The notes: generated by a model from the sequence alone, not told the origin. Counted from the stretch's first letter, positions 47,901 to 60,300 are shown. The stretch: 64,000 nucleotides of DNA from Nemertoderma westbladi (GCA_032718475.1 JAUCBJ010003267.1:33512-97511), one strand, 5' to 3'. A program made the numbers and translations.

Positions 47901-49680
47901 CCTTTCTGACGCCTCCCTCCCTACAGACTTCCCATATATTTGTGCCCTTTCTGACGCCTCCCTCCCTACAGACTTCCCTTATATTTGTGCCCTTGCTGAC
48001 GCCTCCCTCCCTACAGACTTTCCATATATTTGTGACCTTTCTGACGCCTCCATCCCTACAGACTTCACATATATTTGTGCCCTTTCTGACGACTCCCTCC
48101 CTACAGACTTTCCATATATTTGTGCCCTTTCTGACGCCTCCATCCTTAAAGACTTCCCATATATTTGTGCCCTTTCTGACGCCTCCATCCCTACAGACTT
48201 CTCATATATTTGTGCCCTTTCTGACGCCTCCATCCCTACAGACTTCACATATATTTGTGCCCTTTCTGACGACTCCCTCCCTACAGACTTCACATATATT
48301 TGTGCCCTTTCTGACGCCTCCCTCCTTAAAGACTTCCCATTTGTGCCCTTTCTGACGCCTCCCTCCCTACGGACTCCCCATATATTTGTGCCCTTTCTGA
48401 CGCCTCCCTCCCTACAGATTCCCATATATTTCTGCCCTTTCTGACGCCTCCATCCCTACAGACTTCACATAATTTGTGCCCTTTCTGACGCCTCCCTCCC
48501 TACAGACTTTCCATATATTTGTGCCCTTTCTGACGCCTCCATCCCTACAGACTTCACATATATTTGTGCCCTTTCTGACGCCTCCCTCCCTATACAGACT
48601 TTCCATATATTTGTAACCTTTATGTACCTCAACCACGCCTCCCTATAGACTTCCTTTCCCATATATTTGTGCCTTTTCTGACGCATCCCTCCCTACAGAC
48701 TTCCCATACATTTGTGCCCTTTCTGACGCCTCCCTCCCTACAGACTTTCCATATATTTGTGCCCTTTCTGACGCCTCCATCCCTACAGACTTCACATATA
48801 TTTGTGCCCTTTCTGACGCCTCCCTCCCTTACAGACTTTCCATATATTTGTAACCTTTATGTATCTCAACCACGCCTCCCTATAGACTTCCCTTCCCATA
48901 TATTTATGCCCTTTCTGACGCCTCCATCCCTACATACTTCCCATATATTTGTGCCCTTTCTGACGCCTCCCTCCCTACAGACTTTCCATATATTTGTGCC
49001 CTTTCTGACGCCTCCATCCCTACAGACTTCACATATATTTGTGCCCTTTCTGACGCCTCCCTCCCTATACAGACTTTCCATATATTTGTAACCTTTATGT
49101 ACCTCAACCACGCCTCCCTATAGACTTCCTTTCCCATATATTTGTGCCTTTTCTGACGCATCCCTCCCTACAGACTTCCCATATATTTGTGCCCTTTCTG
49201 ACGCCTCCCTCCCTACAGACTTTCCATATATTTGTGCCCTTTCTGACGCATCCCTCCCTACAGACTTCCCATATATTTGTGCCCTTTCTGACGCCTCCCT
49301 CCCTACAGACTTTCCATATATTTGTGCCCTTTCTGACGCCTCCCTCCCTACAGACTTTCCATAATTTGTGCCCTTTCTGACGCCTCCCTCCCTATACAGA
49401 CTTCCCATATATTTGTAACCTTTCTGTATTTCAACCACGCCTCCCTATAGACTTCCCTTCCCATATATTTATGCCCTTTCTGACGCCTCCCTCCCTACAG
49501 ACTTCCCATATATTTGTGCCCTTGCTGACGCCTCCATCCCTATACTTCCCATATATTTGTGCCCTTTCTGACGCCTCCCTCCCTACAGACTTCCATATAT
49601 TTGTGCCCTTTCTGTATCTCAACGACGCCTCCCTACATACAGACTTCCCATATATTTGTTTGTATCCTCTCTGTATCTCA
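41929..49680. repeat. 45-bp minisatellite (~170 units) filling a DGKQ intron
   Basis: Unit ATATATTTGTGCCCTTTCTGACGCCTCCCTCCCTACAGACTTCCC, with longer variant units near both ends. Confidence 0.98.
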
Positions 49681-49681
49681 G

Positions 49682-49890
49682 GACGCCTCTCTAAAGGCTT
49701 TCCATATTTGCGATGATATCCGCAACTATTATCTCGTGGACGCTGAAGAGGCTGAGAAGGTCTCCTCCGAGAAGTTCGAGCGGAAGATCGATTCTCCACA
49801 GATAAACAAAGATAAACCGGGGTTCGTGGTTCGGTGTGTCAACCAGGACTCACGGAAGGGATCAATGAGAGTTTACTCTGGAATGACTAA
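49682..49890 (+). CDS. DGKQ: DGK-theta exon
   Basis: tctcag| and |gttagt; DASLKAFHICDDIRNYYLVD..KPGFVVR..GSMRVYSG; phase 0 to 2. Confidence 0.88.
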
Positions 49891-49897
49891 GTTAGTA

Positions 49898-50470
49898 GCA
49901 AGTGATAGTCGAAATAATAGTATAATAAAAGCAAGTAATAGTCCAAATAATAGTTACTAAAAGCAGGTGATAGTCCAAATAATAGTCTAATAAAAGCAAG
50001 TGATAGTCCAAATAATAGTTACTAAAAGCAAGTGATAGTCCAAATAATAGTGTAATAAAAGCAAGTGATAGTCCAAATAATAGTCTAATAAAAGCAAAGT
50101 GATAGTCCAAATAATAGTTACTAAAAGCAAGTGATAGTCCAAATAATAGTCTAATAAAAGCAAAGTGATAGTCCAAATAATAGTTACTAAAAGCAAGTGA
50201 TAGTCCAAATAATAGATACTAAAAGCAGGTGATAGTCCAAATAATAGTTACTAAAAGCAGGTGATAGTCCAAATAATAGTTACTAAAAGCAAGTGATAGT
50301 CCAAATAATAGATACTAAAAGCAGGTGATAGTCCAAATAATAGTCTAATAAAAGCAAGTGATAGTCCTAATAATAGTTACTAAAAGCAAGTGATAGTCCA
50401 AATAATAGTCACTAAAGGCAAGTGATAGTCCAAATAATAGTCACTAAAAGCAAGTGATAGTCCAAATAAT
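49898..50470. repeat. 32-bp minisatellite (~18 units)
   Basis: Unit AAAAGCAAGTGATAGTCCAAATAATAGTTACT starting just after the 49891 donor. Confidence 0.95.
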
Positions 50471-50491
50471 AAAAGAGTTTCAACAACATAA

Positions 50492-50610
50492 GCTCCGGAT
50501 TAGCTACGGGTTAATTTGCCCGGAGCCGGAACCAGAGCCGCAGCCAGAAAATGCGACAGAGCTCCAGCTCCGGAAATCCGGAGCTCCAGCTCCGGAAATC
50601 CGGAGCTCCG
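50492..50610. repeat. GCTCCGG/CCGGAGC motif cluster, probable DNA-transposon subterminal remnant
   Basis: Tandem GAGCTCCAGCTCCGGAAATCCG copies and inverted CCGGAGC motifs. Confidence 0.45.
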
Positions 50611-51146
50611 TGCCAATTTTCTAGCATTTATATACCTCATATTGTTTATGCAGTGTTTGTCTGAAAAAAAATACTGTATCCGTTTTGCCGTAAAAAAAAA
50701 CAAAAAACAGTGTTTCGAAACATGTGTTTAAAACAACCCAAGTGTTTTTTTTAACCCTATTGATAATTTAACATTGAGGCGAGGTATTTATTTGCTCAGT
50801 AAGAATTTTCATACATAAATGATACACTGTCGAGTCTCACGCAAATCAACGCTGCTGTATTATTAATAGCATGAAAACTGCTAATAACATAACTAGAAGA
50901 CAAAAACTGAGTGGATGACTATATTAATATTTGAATAATGAAGCATGTTGCAAATATGTTGCAATTAGGGCGGAAGCCGGATGCAAACTTTTTATTTGGG
51001 CGTATTATAAATATGGAAAATTCTGACAACTCCTACAATATAACATTTGGCATACATGCAACATTAAATACAGTGACTAAATACAATTTTATTGATGAGT
51101 AATTTGAATAGAACACATTTTAACTTCATATTATTATTTTTTTCAG

Positions 51147-51354
51147 GGTTACCATTCCATTTAAAACTGTCCGAGTTAATGTATATTTAACTGTAAATGA
51201 CGTCATCCACATGGGTCTTACTAAGTTCGGTTTGTCGGAAGAAGATCCGACCCGGTATCAGTTAGCGGAGATGACGATGATATGCGGCCGAATATCGGAA
51301 CGGGTTCTCGACGCGAGTGAATCTCCGCTGGCCATACTGCAGGAGAAACGAACT
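51147..51354 (+). CDS. DGKQ: DGK-theta exon (Ras-association domain)
   Basis: tttcag| and |gtaagt; VTIPFKTVRVN..VNDVIHMGLTKFGLSEEDPTRYQLAEM..ISERVLDASESPLAIL; phase 2 to 0. Confidence 0.9.
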
Positions 51355-51501
51355 GTAAGTGAACTTAGTTTTTATGTCACAGTGTAATAATGTTGTTATG
51401 GTGATTACCGCGGTTTTCGCTTAGTCTATTTTGTTATTGAACTGTTTTTCTTGCATAATTTTTAAATCTGAATTTACTAAATATTTAAATCTACTTTCTA
51501 G

Positions 51502-51649
51502 CGTTCTATTAGAGAGGCGCAATTAACACGATTTTACCTCCAAGAGAAAACCGCCATGGATGTTCCTGTAACGGTATTCGTCGGAAATATGCCGTTGAGT
51601 TTAAATTTACGGAAATATGAGTCGATATTACAGGATTTATTGGGACCAG
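51502..51649 (+). CDS. DGKQ: DGK-theta exon (RA end, start of RRM-like region)
   Basis: ttctag| and |gttagt; RSIREAQLTRFYLQE..VTVFVGNMP matches DGK-theta S+R..LTRFY+..++VG.LP; phase 0 to 1. Confidence 0.9.
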
Positions 51650-51673
51650 GTTAGTTCGGTATGGCACTACTCC

Positions 51674-53441
51674 TGGGTACACATACTATGTGCCGTTCTA
51701 TGGGTACACAAACTATGTACCGTTCTATGGGTACACATACTATGTGCCGTTTTACGGGTTGGGTATACACATACTATGTGCCGTTCTATGGGTTGGGTAT
51801 ACACATACTATGTGCCGTTCTATGGGTTGGGTACACATACTATGTGCCGTTCTATGGGTTGAGTACACATACTATGTGCCTTTCTATGGGTTGGGTACAC
51901 ATACTATGTGCCTTTCTATGGGTTGGGTACACATACTATGTGCCTTTCTATGGTTGGGTACACATACTATGTGCCGTTCTATGGGTTGGGTACTACACAT
52001 ACTATGTGCCGTTTCTATGGGTTGCGTACAACATACTATGTGCCTTTCTATGGGTTGGGTACACATACTATGTGCCTTTCTATGGGTTGGGTACACATAC
52101 TATGTGCCTTTCTATGGGTTGGGTACACATACTATGTGCCTTTCTATGGGTTGGGTACACATACTATGTGCCTTTCTATGGGTTGGGTACACATACTATG
52201 TGCCTTTCTATGGTAATGGTGAAAAATATCGAGACTTGAAAAATATCGAGAGTAAAAATAACGAGAGTAAAAATATCGAGAGTAAAAATATCGAGAGTAA
52301 AAATAACGAGTGTTGAAAAATATCGAGAGTAAAAATATCGAGAGTAAAAATAACGCGAGATGAAAAATATCGAGAGTAAAAATATCGAGTGTTGAAAAAT
52401 ATCGAGTGTTGAAAAATATCGAAAGTAAAAATATCGAGTGTTGAAAAATATCGAGAGTAAAAATATCGAGTGTTGAAAAATATCGAGAGTAAAAATAACG
52501 AGTGTTGAAAATATCGAGTGTTGAAAAATAACGAGAGTAAAAATATCGAGTGTTGAAAAATATCGAGTGTTGAAAAATATCGAGAGTAAAATATTGCATT
52601 TTGCTTGAGCATTTTATTTAGAATTATGGAACAATATTGCAGTGCATGGGTTACAACAGTGAAAGTGATTGGCGTTAATCCACCTTGGGTACCCATTTAC
52701 CAGATTTATTATACTAGCCAGTTTTTGCTATTTTTTTAATAAATATTATAAAAGAAGTTCTAGCTATCAATTTTGATAAATATTATAAATATTGTTAAAT
52801 ATTATATTAGAACACGTATAAGCTACCAAATGTTGATAAATATTTTTGTTCTAGAACATTTTTAGTAAAAAAAAATTATCGTACAACCCTTATTTAAAAA
52901 AATTGTTACTATCGATATTTTTACTCTCGATATTTTTTAACACTCGTTATTTTTACTCTCAATATTTTTCAACACTCGATATTTTTACTCTCGATATTTT
53001 TCAACACTCGATATTTTTCAACACTCGATATTTTTCAACACTGGATATTTTTCAACACTCGATATTTTTCAACACTGGATATTTTTCAACACTCGATATT
53101 TTTACTCTCGATATTTTTCAACACTCGATATTTTTACTCTAGATATTTTTACCCTCGATATTTTTACGGTTCTCGATATTTTTTGAACTCTCGATATTAT
53201 CGTTATTTTTCAACACTCGATGTTTTTACTCTCGATATTTTTCATGTCTCGATATTTTTCAATATAACCCTTTCTATGGGTTGGGTACACATACTATGTG
53301 CCTTTCTATGGGTTGGGTAGTGGGTACACATACTATGTGCCTCTATGGGTTGGGTACACATACTATGTGCCTTTCTATGGGTTGGGTACACATACTATGT
53401 GCCTTTCTATGGGTTGGGTACACATACTATGTGCCGTTCTC
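51674..53441. repeat. 32-bp minisatellite (GGGTACACATACTATGTGCCTTTCTATGGGTT)n, split by a foldback insertion
   Basis: Arrays at 51674-52211 and 53270-53441. Confidence 0.93.
52212..53269. mobile_element. Foldback element with modular (AAAAATATCGAG)n inverted arms
   Basis: Left arm 52212-52590 and right arm ~52905-53269 are reverse-complement arrays of 15-17 bp subunits; flanked by the direct repeat CTTTCTAT. Confidence 0.85.
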
Positions 53442-53568
53442 TATTAAATTTGGATCGATGGGAATGCGTCGATCCTTTCTATATATTTTAAATGAAAGAA
53501 ATTGTTATTCATAAACGATTAAATTTTAGACTTATTTTCAATTACTGACAGACAATCTTTAATGATTT

Positions 53569-54147
53569 CTAATACCACGCGAGTTTCGGTGGCTTAATAA
53601 ACATTCTCACTCCGTCGATAACTCTGATTTTTCCGACACGGAAGAACGTGGGAACTGTTCGCATGAGAGTGCTATATTGTGTCTGAGTAACAAACTCCTG
53701 ATGGGGCAGACACACTTCGTTCTTAACCTCTTTGAGTAATTGGTCAGCTTGTTCCTCACTTTCTATTTCGGTGAATGCTGGGAGATTGCTCGGCACCTCC
53801 ACTTCCATCACATTCCCGTTATCGTTCGCTGTTGGTGTTGGCGACGCATCTCTTTGGTAAGTGCCACTCTCGCCATTCGCTACAGAATTATAAGTCTCAT
53901 CGCTTTCCCGTCCGTCGAACAATCCGGTTTCATTGCAAGATACATTGCTCTGCGTTTCTTTGCGACTTTTACCTCTGAAACTGAATTTCATGCTGAGTCG
54001 TTTCATCGCGGACATGGGTTTCTCGTCATTGCGTTGGATTCCAGCTGATTCGTCACTTTCGTAGCTCCTTTTCGCCGACGGGTCGTCGAAGAATTTCCTA
54101 TTGGAAGGTTTGTTGTCGAGTTGATCCATAAGGTCATTGTCCTCCAT
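53569..54147 (-). CDS. Unknown single-exon ORF (192 aa), antisense inside a DGKQ intron
   Basis: Non-repetitive 579-bp ORF, clearly more GC-rich than the AT-rich flanks, with natural-looking composition; no family recognised. Confidence 0.5.
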   Translation of the reverse strand: MEDNDLMDQLDNKPSNRKFFDDPSAKRSYESDESAGIQRNDEKPMSAMKRLSMKFSFRGKSRKETQSNVSCNETGLFDGRESDETYNSVANGESGTYQRDASPTPTANDNGNVMEVEVPSNLPAFTEIESEEQADQLLKEVKNEVCLPHQEFVTQTQYSTLMRTVPTFFRVGKIRVIDGVRMFIKPPKLAWY

Positions 54148-55168
54148 GCTCTTTGTATTTCCGTTGGTATGGATACTCCTACTACTGCACTAATCTACGT
54201 TATTGTCCATGGCATGATGGCAACATGATTTATCTCCAATTTAAGTTTTATATTGTTGGATGTTTTACTTTTATTTACAAATTATTCAACATTGCTTAAT
54301 TAATACGGTTATTGACGGATTTCACTATCGAAAGCAGTCAATATAAACAAGCGTGAAATGGTCCGCGTCTACAAACGCATGAACTGTCTCATGTGGAGGC
54401 AACAGATTATAAAATGAAAATTAAGCGGATTCCATGAGATATAGCCTATATTAGCCAACAAATATTGCCAACAAAAGCTTGATTAACAAACAAATTAGTT
54501 ACAACAGTATACAAAAACTCTATAATCAATATTAATTTAAAGTATTTAGAAATTTATTTAAAAATAAATATTTTTTTAATTTACTAGCTATTTTAAAATT
54601 AAAAAATTAAAAAAAAATATGATAACATTATATTTTTTATTTTATTCATGTTCCAGAAATAATACTGTTCTATTGTTCTAGAATTCTTCAACGTTGCCAG
54701 AGTAACAATGATATATGTTTTAAAAATGTAGAGTGTGCTATACGGATCTCTAGCCAAAAAATGTCATAGAACAAATAGTATTTGTTCCAGGGGCATTAAT
54801 TTTTGGTACTACTGACTACTGTGTTTTTGGCACAAACCCCACCAAAATTGTTATACTAATTTACATTTATTAGGTTTTATGTAGTTTTTTTTGTTTTCAA
54901 ATCTAGTTGTATTTACTTTTTTTAAATGTTCTAGAACATATTGTCTATTCATTTTTGTAAAAAGTCATATTGTACAACATTTATTTTTTGTGCTAGAACA
55001 TTTTTACAAATGTTTTTGTTTGTTTTTTTTTATTTGATTAGTGTTAAAAACAATTCCTAACAACTACAAATTTCCATTGTAACAACTGATTTTAATTATT
55101 AGCTAATAATTATGTTTAGTAGCTATAGTAAAAATATTTTTTAATTATAGTTTTTGGGCATTGGTATA

Positions 55169-56052
55169 CACCATGTCCCAGAATATAGTGTCGTAATTCA
55201 GTGACACCCCCCCCCCCCCCCCCCCCCCCCAAATCTTAATGAGATTGCATGAAATTTGAAACAGGGATAGTTTCACCTCCCGACCACTGACTGGGTGAGG
55301 CAGAATTTTTATTTTTGCTTTTAATCTTTAGCTACAAGCGTTTAAAAAAAGTGTCTCCAGCGATATTACACCAGTTACACCGCAGTTATTCTTCTACCTT
55401 ATGGCTGTTTGTTGGTACCAATGGAAAGCTGGTCATGCAAGGATTCCAAATATGTAACACAATTTGAATTTCGTTGAAAAATAGCTGAGATATGGGCGTT
55501 CAAATCTTTCATGGTTTTGCACCGGCGCGAGGCTATTTTATTCTATTTAATAAATAAACCATATTCTGGAACATTTTTTAAATGTATGAATAGCTACGTA
55601 ATAGTATGATTAAAGATGTAATGCATTGTTGCCTAGCTACGTATTTGGATAAACAAAATATTCCAGAATATGGTTTATTTATTAAATAGAATATAATAGC
55701 TTCGCGCAGGTGCAAAACCATGCAAAATTTGAACGCTCATATCTCAGCTATTTTTCAACGAAATTCAAATGGTGTTACATATTTGGAATCCTTGCATGAC
55801 CAGCTTTCCATTGGTACCAACAAACAGCCATAAGGTAGAAGAATAACTGCGGTGTAACTGGTGTAATATCGCTGGTGTCACTTTTTTAAACGCTTGTAGC
55901 TAATGATTAAAAGCAAAAATAAAAATTCTGGCTCATCCAGTCAGTGGTTGGGAGGTGAAACTATCTCTGTCCAATCAAATTTCATGCAATCTCAATAAGA
56001 TTTGTAGAAAACTGAATCACTGAATTACGACACTATATTCTGGGATATGGTG
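55169..56052. mobile_element. Palindromic Tc1/mariner-type MITE (~400-bp arms, TA duplication)
   Basis: TA|CACCATGTCCCAGAATATAGTGTCGTAATTCAGTGA ... TCACTGAATTACGACACTATATTCTGGGATATGGTG|TA; arms nearly identical in reverse complement. Confidence 0.92.
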
Positions 56053-57335
56053 TAGTATCTATGCCCGCATTTTTCTTTTTTTTCTTTTTAGATTAAAAAT
56101 TGTTTTACATTTTGTTTGGCTTTGTGTTATCAATTTTATTCTAGAATTATTTATTTTGTTGCTATGGTTACATAAATAAAATAAATTTCAAATTACTTAA
56201 GGAATAATTTATTTCTTATACTTATTGACAAATATATTTGAGGATTAAATTACATTTTTCATTTTTTTTACTTGCTAATAAAATGTACTAGCCAACACAA
56301 AATCAAAATTACTAGATACCCATCTTTTTGTCAGATGGCCAAATATTTGTTCTAGTACAAAAAAAGTCATAATAAAAGATATTTTCACTAGAAAAAGTGG
56401 TACTGGTTCAGTATGCAGTATTTAATTCAATATTTTTATAAATTTCAAAAAAAAAATGTAATAAAAAATAATAAATCATGTCTTGAAAAATTAGTAGCTA
56501 GTCGCTAGACGATTAGCTAATGTTCTAGAACGCAATATTTGTATGAAAAATGTTGCAATGAAGTCAGTGGTGATATTACAAAGCAAAAAGTACATCATTT
56601 CATTAATTAATATCAAAATATAAAATGCGACTGTGATTTGTTGTAAATTAATGGGTTTTAACTCAAATTATTAAAGAATACAAAAAAAAACAATAAAATT
56701 TGTTTTTCTAAAATATTCTAGAACAACACATTTATTTATGTTGGTTTCATGCATGTGAAAAAACCCCATAGAGCAATTTTACTTTTAAAAAAATTACATT
56801 TGGCTGAGTTATAGCGATTTTAAATCGCAAAATTAACAACATCGAAAAATCAGGCCGTGATAGGAACTTGTGCATTTGACGTCAGCCATAACACAGCAAC
56901 AGTTGTCAAGCGCAGTTGATTGGCTAATATAAAGTATAATATAATATTGCAGTATCTAAAATAAAACAAATAATTGATGTAGCTAAGTATTTATTTGGAT
57001 GTGTATTGTTGTGTTTCGTTAAGGATGGATTATAGGATAGCGGCATGGAGTCAAAATGATTTGTATCAAGTTAGTAATTCTAGAATAATATTAATTTCGC
57101 CCATTCTACTGGTACCTTAGAGTTGTTAGCTAACAAGCTGGCAAGCCTGGCGTGTTCACGGTCCTACTTACATCAGAACAATACACAACAGTACTGCAGT
57201 ACAGCAATACTGTAGTACGGTTACCGGTAACAACTACAAAATTAAAATTTTTTCCGCTGTCTAATACTAATGCAATAATTGTTTACCATAATAATGCGCT
57301 CGCATTGCACAAATATCAATTCAAAACCAAATTTT

Positions 57336-60300
57336 CTGTATGAGCCGTCGTGATGCCTATATCTAACGCTGTATGAGCCGTCGTGATGCCTATATCTAAC
57401 GCTGTATGAGCCGTCGTGATGCCTATATCTAACGCTGTATGAGCCGTCGTGATGCCTATATCTAACGCTGTATGAGCCGTCGTGATGCCTATATCTAACG
57501 CTGTATGAGCCGTCGTGATGCCTATATCTAACGCTGTATGAGCCGTCGTGATGCCTATATCTAACGCTGTATGAGCCGTCGTGATGCCTATATCTAACGC
57601 TGTATGAGCCGTCGTGATGCCTATATCTAACGCTGTATGAGCCGTCGTGATGCCTATATCTAACGCTGTATGAGCCGTCGTGATGCCTATATCTAACGCT
57701 GTATGAGCCGTCGTGATGCCTATATCTAACGCTGTATGAGCCGTCGTGATGCCTATATCTAACGCTGTATGAGCCGTCGTGATGCCTATATCTAACGCTG
57801 TATGAGCCGTCGTGATGCCTATATCTAACGCTGTATGAGCCGTCGTGATGCCTATATCTAACGCTGTATGAGCCGTCGTGATGCCTATATCTAACGCTGT
57901 ATGAGCCGTCGTGATGCCTATATCTAACGCTGTATGAGCCGTCGTGATGCCTATATCTAACGCTGTATGAGCCGTCGTGATGCCTATATCTAACGCTGTA
58001 TGAGCCGTCGTGATGCCTATATCTAACGCTGTATGAGCCGTCGTGATGCCTATATCTAACGCTGTATGAGCCGTCGTGATGCCTATATCTAACGCTGTAT
58101 GAGCCGTCGTGATGCCTATATCTAACGCTGTATGAGCCGTCGTGATGCCTATATCTAACGCTGTATGAGCCGTCGTGATGCCTATATCTAACGCTGTATG
58201 AGCCGTCGTGATGCCTATATCTAACGCTGTATGAGCCGTCGTGATGCCTATATCTAACGCTGTATGAGCCGTCGTGATGCCTATATCTAACGCTGTATGA
58301 GCCGTCGTGATGCCTATATCTAACGCTGTATGAGCCGTCGTGATGCCTATATCTAACGCTGTATGAGCCGTCGTGATGCCTATATCTAACGCTGTATGAG
58401 CCGTCGTGATGCCTATATCTAACGCTGTATGAGCCGTCGTGATGCCTATATCTAACGCTGTATGAGCCGTCGTGATGCCTATATCTAACGCTGTATGAGC
58501 CGTCGTGATGCCTATATCTAACGCTGTATGAGCCGTCGTGATGCCTATATCTAACGCTGTATGAGCCGTCGTGATGCCTATATCTAACGCTGTATGAGCC
58601 GTCGTGATGCCTATATCTAACGCTGTATGAGCCGTCGTGATGCCTATATCTAACGCTGTATGAGCCGTCGTGATGCCTATATCTAACGCTGTATGAGCCG
58701 TCGTGATGCCTATATCTAACGCTGTATGAGCCGTCGTGATGCCTATATCTAACGCTGTATGAGCCGTCGTGATGCCTATATCTAACGCTGTATGAGCCGT
58801 CGTGATGCCTATATCTAACGCTGTATGAGCCGTCGTGATGCCTATATCTAACGCTGTATGAGCCGTCGTGATGCCTATATCTAACGCTGTATGAGCCGTC
58901 GTGATGCCTATATCTAACGCTGTATGAGCCGTCGTGATGCCTATATCTAACGCTGTATGAGCCGTCGTGATGCCTATATCTAACGCTGTATGAGCCGTCG
59001 TGATGCCTATATCTAACGCTGTATGAGCCGTCGTGATGCCTATATCTAACGCTGTATGAGCCGTCGTGATGCCTATATCTAACGCTGTATGAGCCGTCGT
59101 GATGCCTATATCTAACGCTGTATGAGCCGTCGTGATGCCTATATCTAACGCTGTATGAGCCGTCGTGATGCCTATATCTAACGCTGTATGAGCCGTCGTG
59201 ATGCCTATATCTAACGCTGTATGAGCCGTCGTGATGCCTATATCTAACGCTGTATGAGCCGTCGTGATGCCTATATCTAACGCTGTATGAGCCGTCGTGA
59301 TGCCTATATCTAACGCTGTATGAGCCGTCGTGATGCCTATATCTAACGCTGTATGAGCCGTCGTGATGCCTATATCTAACGCTGTATGAGCCGTCGTGAT
59401 GCCTATATCTAACGCTGTATGAGCCGTCGTGATGCCTATATCTAACGCTGTATGAGCCGTCGTGATGCCTATATCTAACGCTGTATGAGCCGTCGTGATG
59501 CCTATATCTAACGCTGTATGAGCCGTCGTGATGCCTATATCTAACGCTGTATGAGCCGTCGTGATGCCTATATCTAACGCTGTATGAGCCGTCGTGATGC
59601 CTATATCTAACGCTGTATGAGCCGTCGTGATGCCTATATCTAACGCTGTATGAGCCGTCGTGATGCCTATATCTAACGCTGTATGAGCCGTCGTGATGCC
59701 TATATCTAACGCTGTATGAGCCGTCGTGATGCCTATATCTAACGCTGTATGAGCCGTCGTGATGCCTATATCTAACGCTGTATGAGCCGTCGTGATGCCT
59801 ATATCTAACGCTGTATGAGCCGTCGTGATGCCTATATCTAACGCTGTATGAGCCGTCGTGATGCCTATATCTAACGCTGTATGAGCCGTCGTGATGCCTA
59901 TATCTAACGCTGTATGAGCCGTCGTGATGCCTATATCTAACGCTGTATGAGCCGTCGTGATGCCTATATCTAACGCTGTATGAGCCGTCGTGATGCCTAT
60001 ATCTAACGCTGTATGAGCCGTCGTGATGCCTATATCTAACGCTGTATGAGCCGTCGTGATGCCTATATCTAACGCTGTATGAGCCGTCGTGATGCCTATA
60101 TCTAACGCTGTATGAGCCGTCGTGATGCCTATATCTAACGCTGTATGAGCCGTCGTGATGCCTATATCTAACGCTGTATGAGCCGTCGTGATGCCTATAT
60201 CTAACGCTGTATGAGCCGTCGTGATGCCTATATCTAACGCTGTATGAGCCGTCGTGATGCCTATATCTAACGCTGTATGAGCCGTCGTGATGCCTATATC

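Noticed and set aside
41793-49799. Long repetitive ORFs (VCREGGVRKGTNIW, FLTPPSLQTSHIFVP, up to 500 aa)
   Set aside because: Translations of the 45-bp minisatellite, open in several frames on both strands and broken by frequent frameshifts.
49892-53514. Repetitive ORFs in the 32-bp arrays and foldback arms
   Set aside because: Artefacts of tandem repeats.
53569-54147. Possible first exon of the STK33-like gene (same strand)
   Set aside because: It ends in a stop codon and shows no kinase or STK33 N-terminal motifs.
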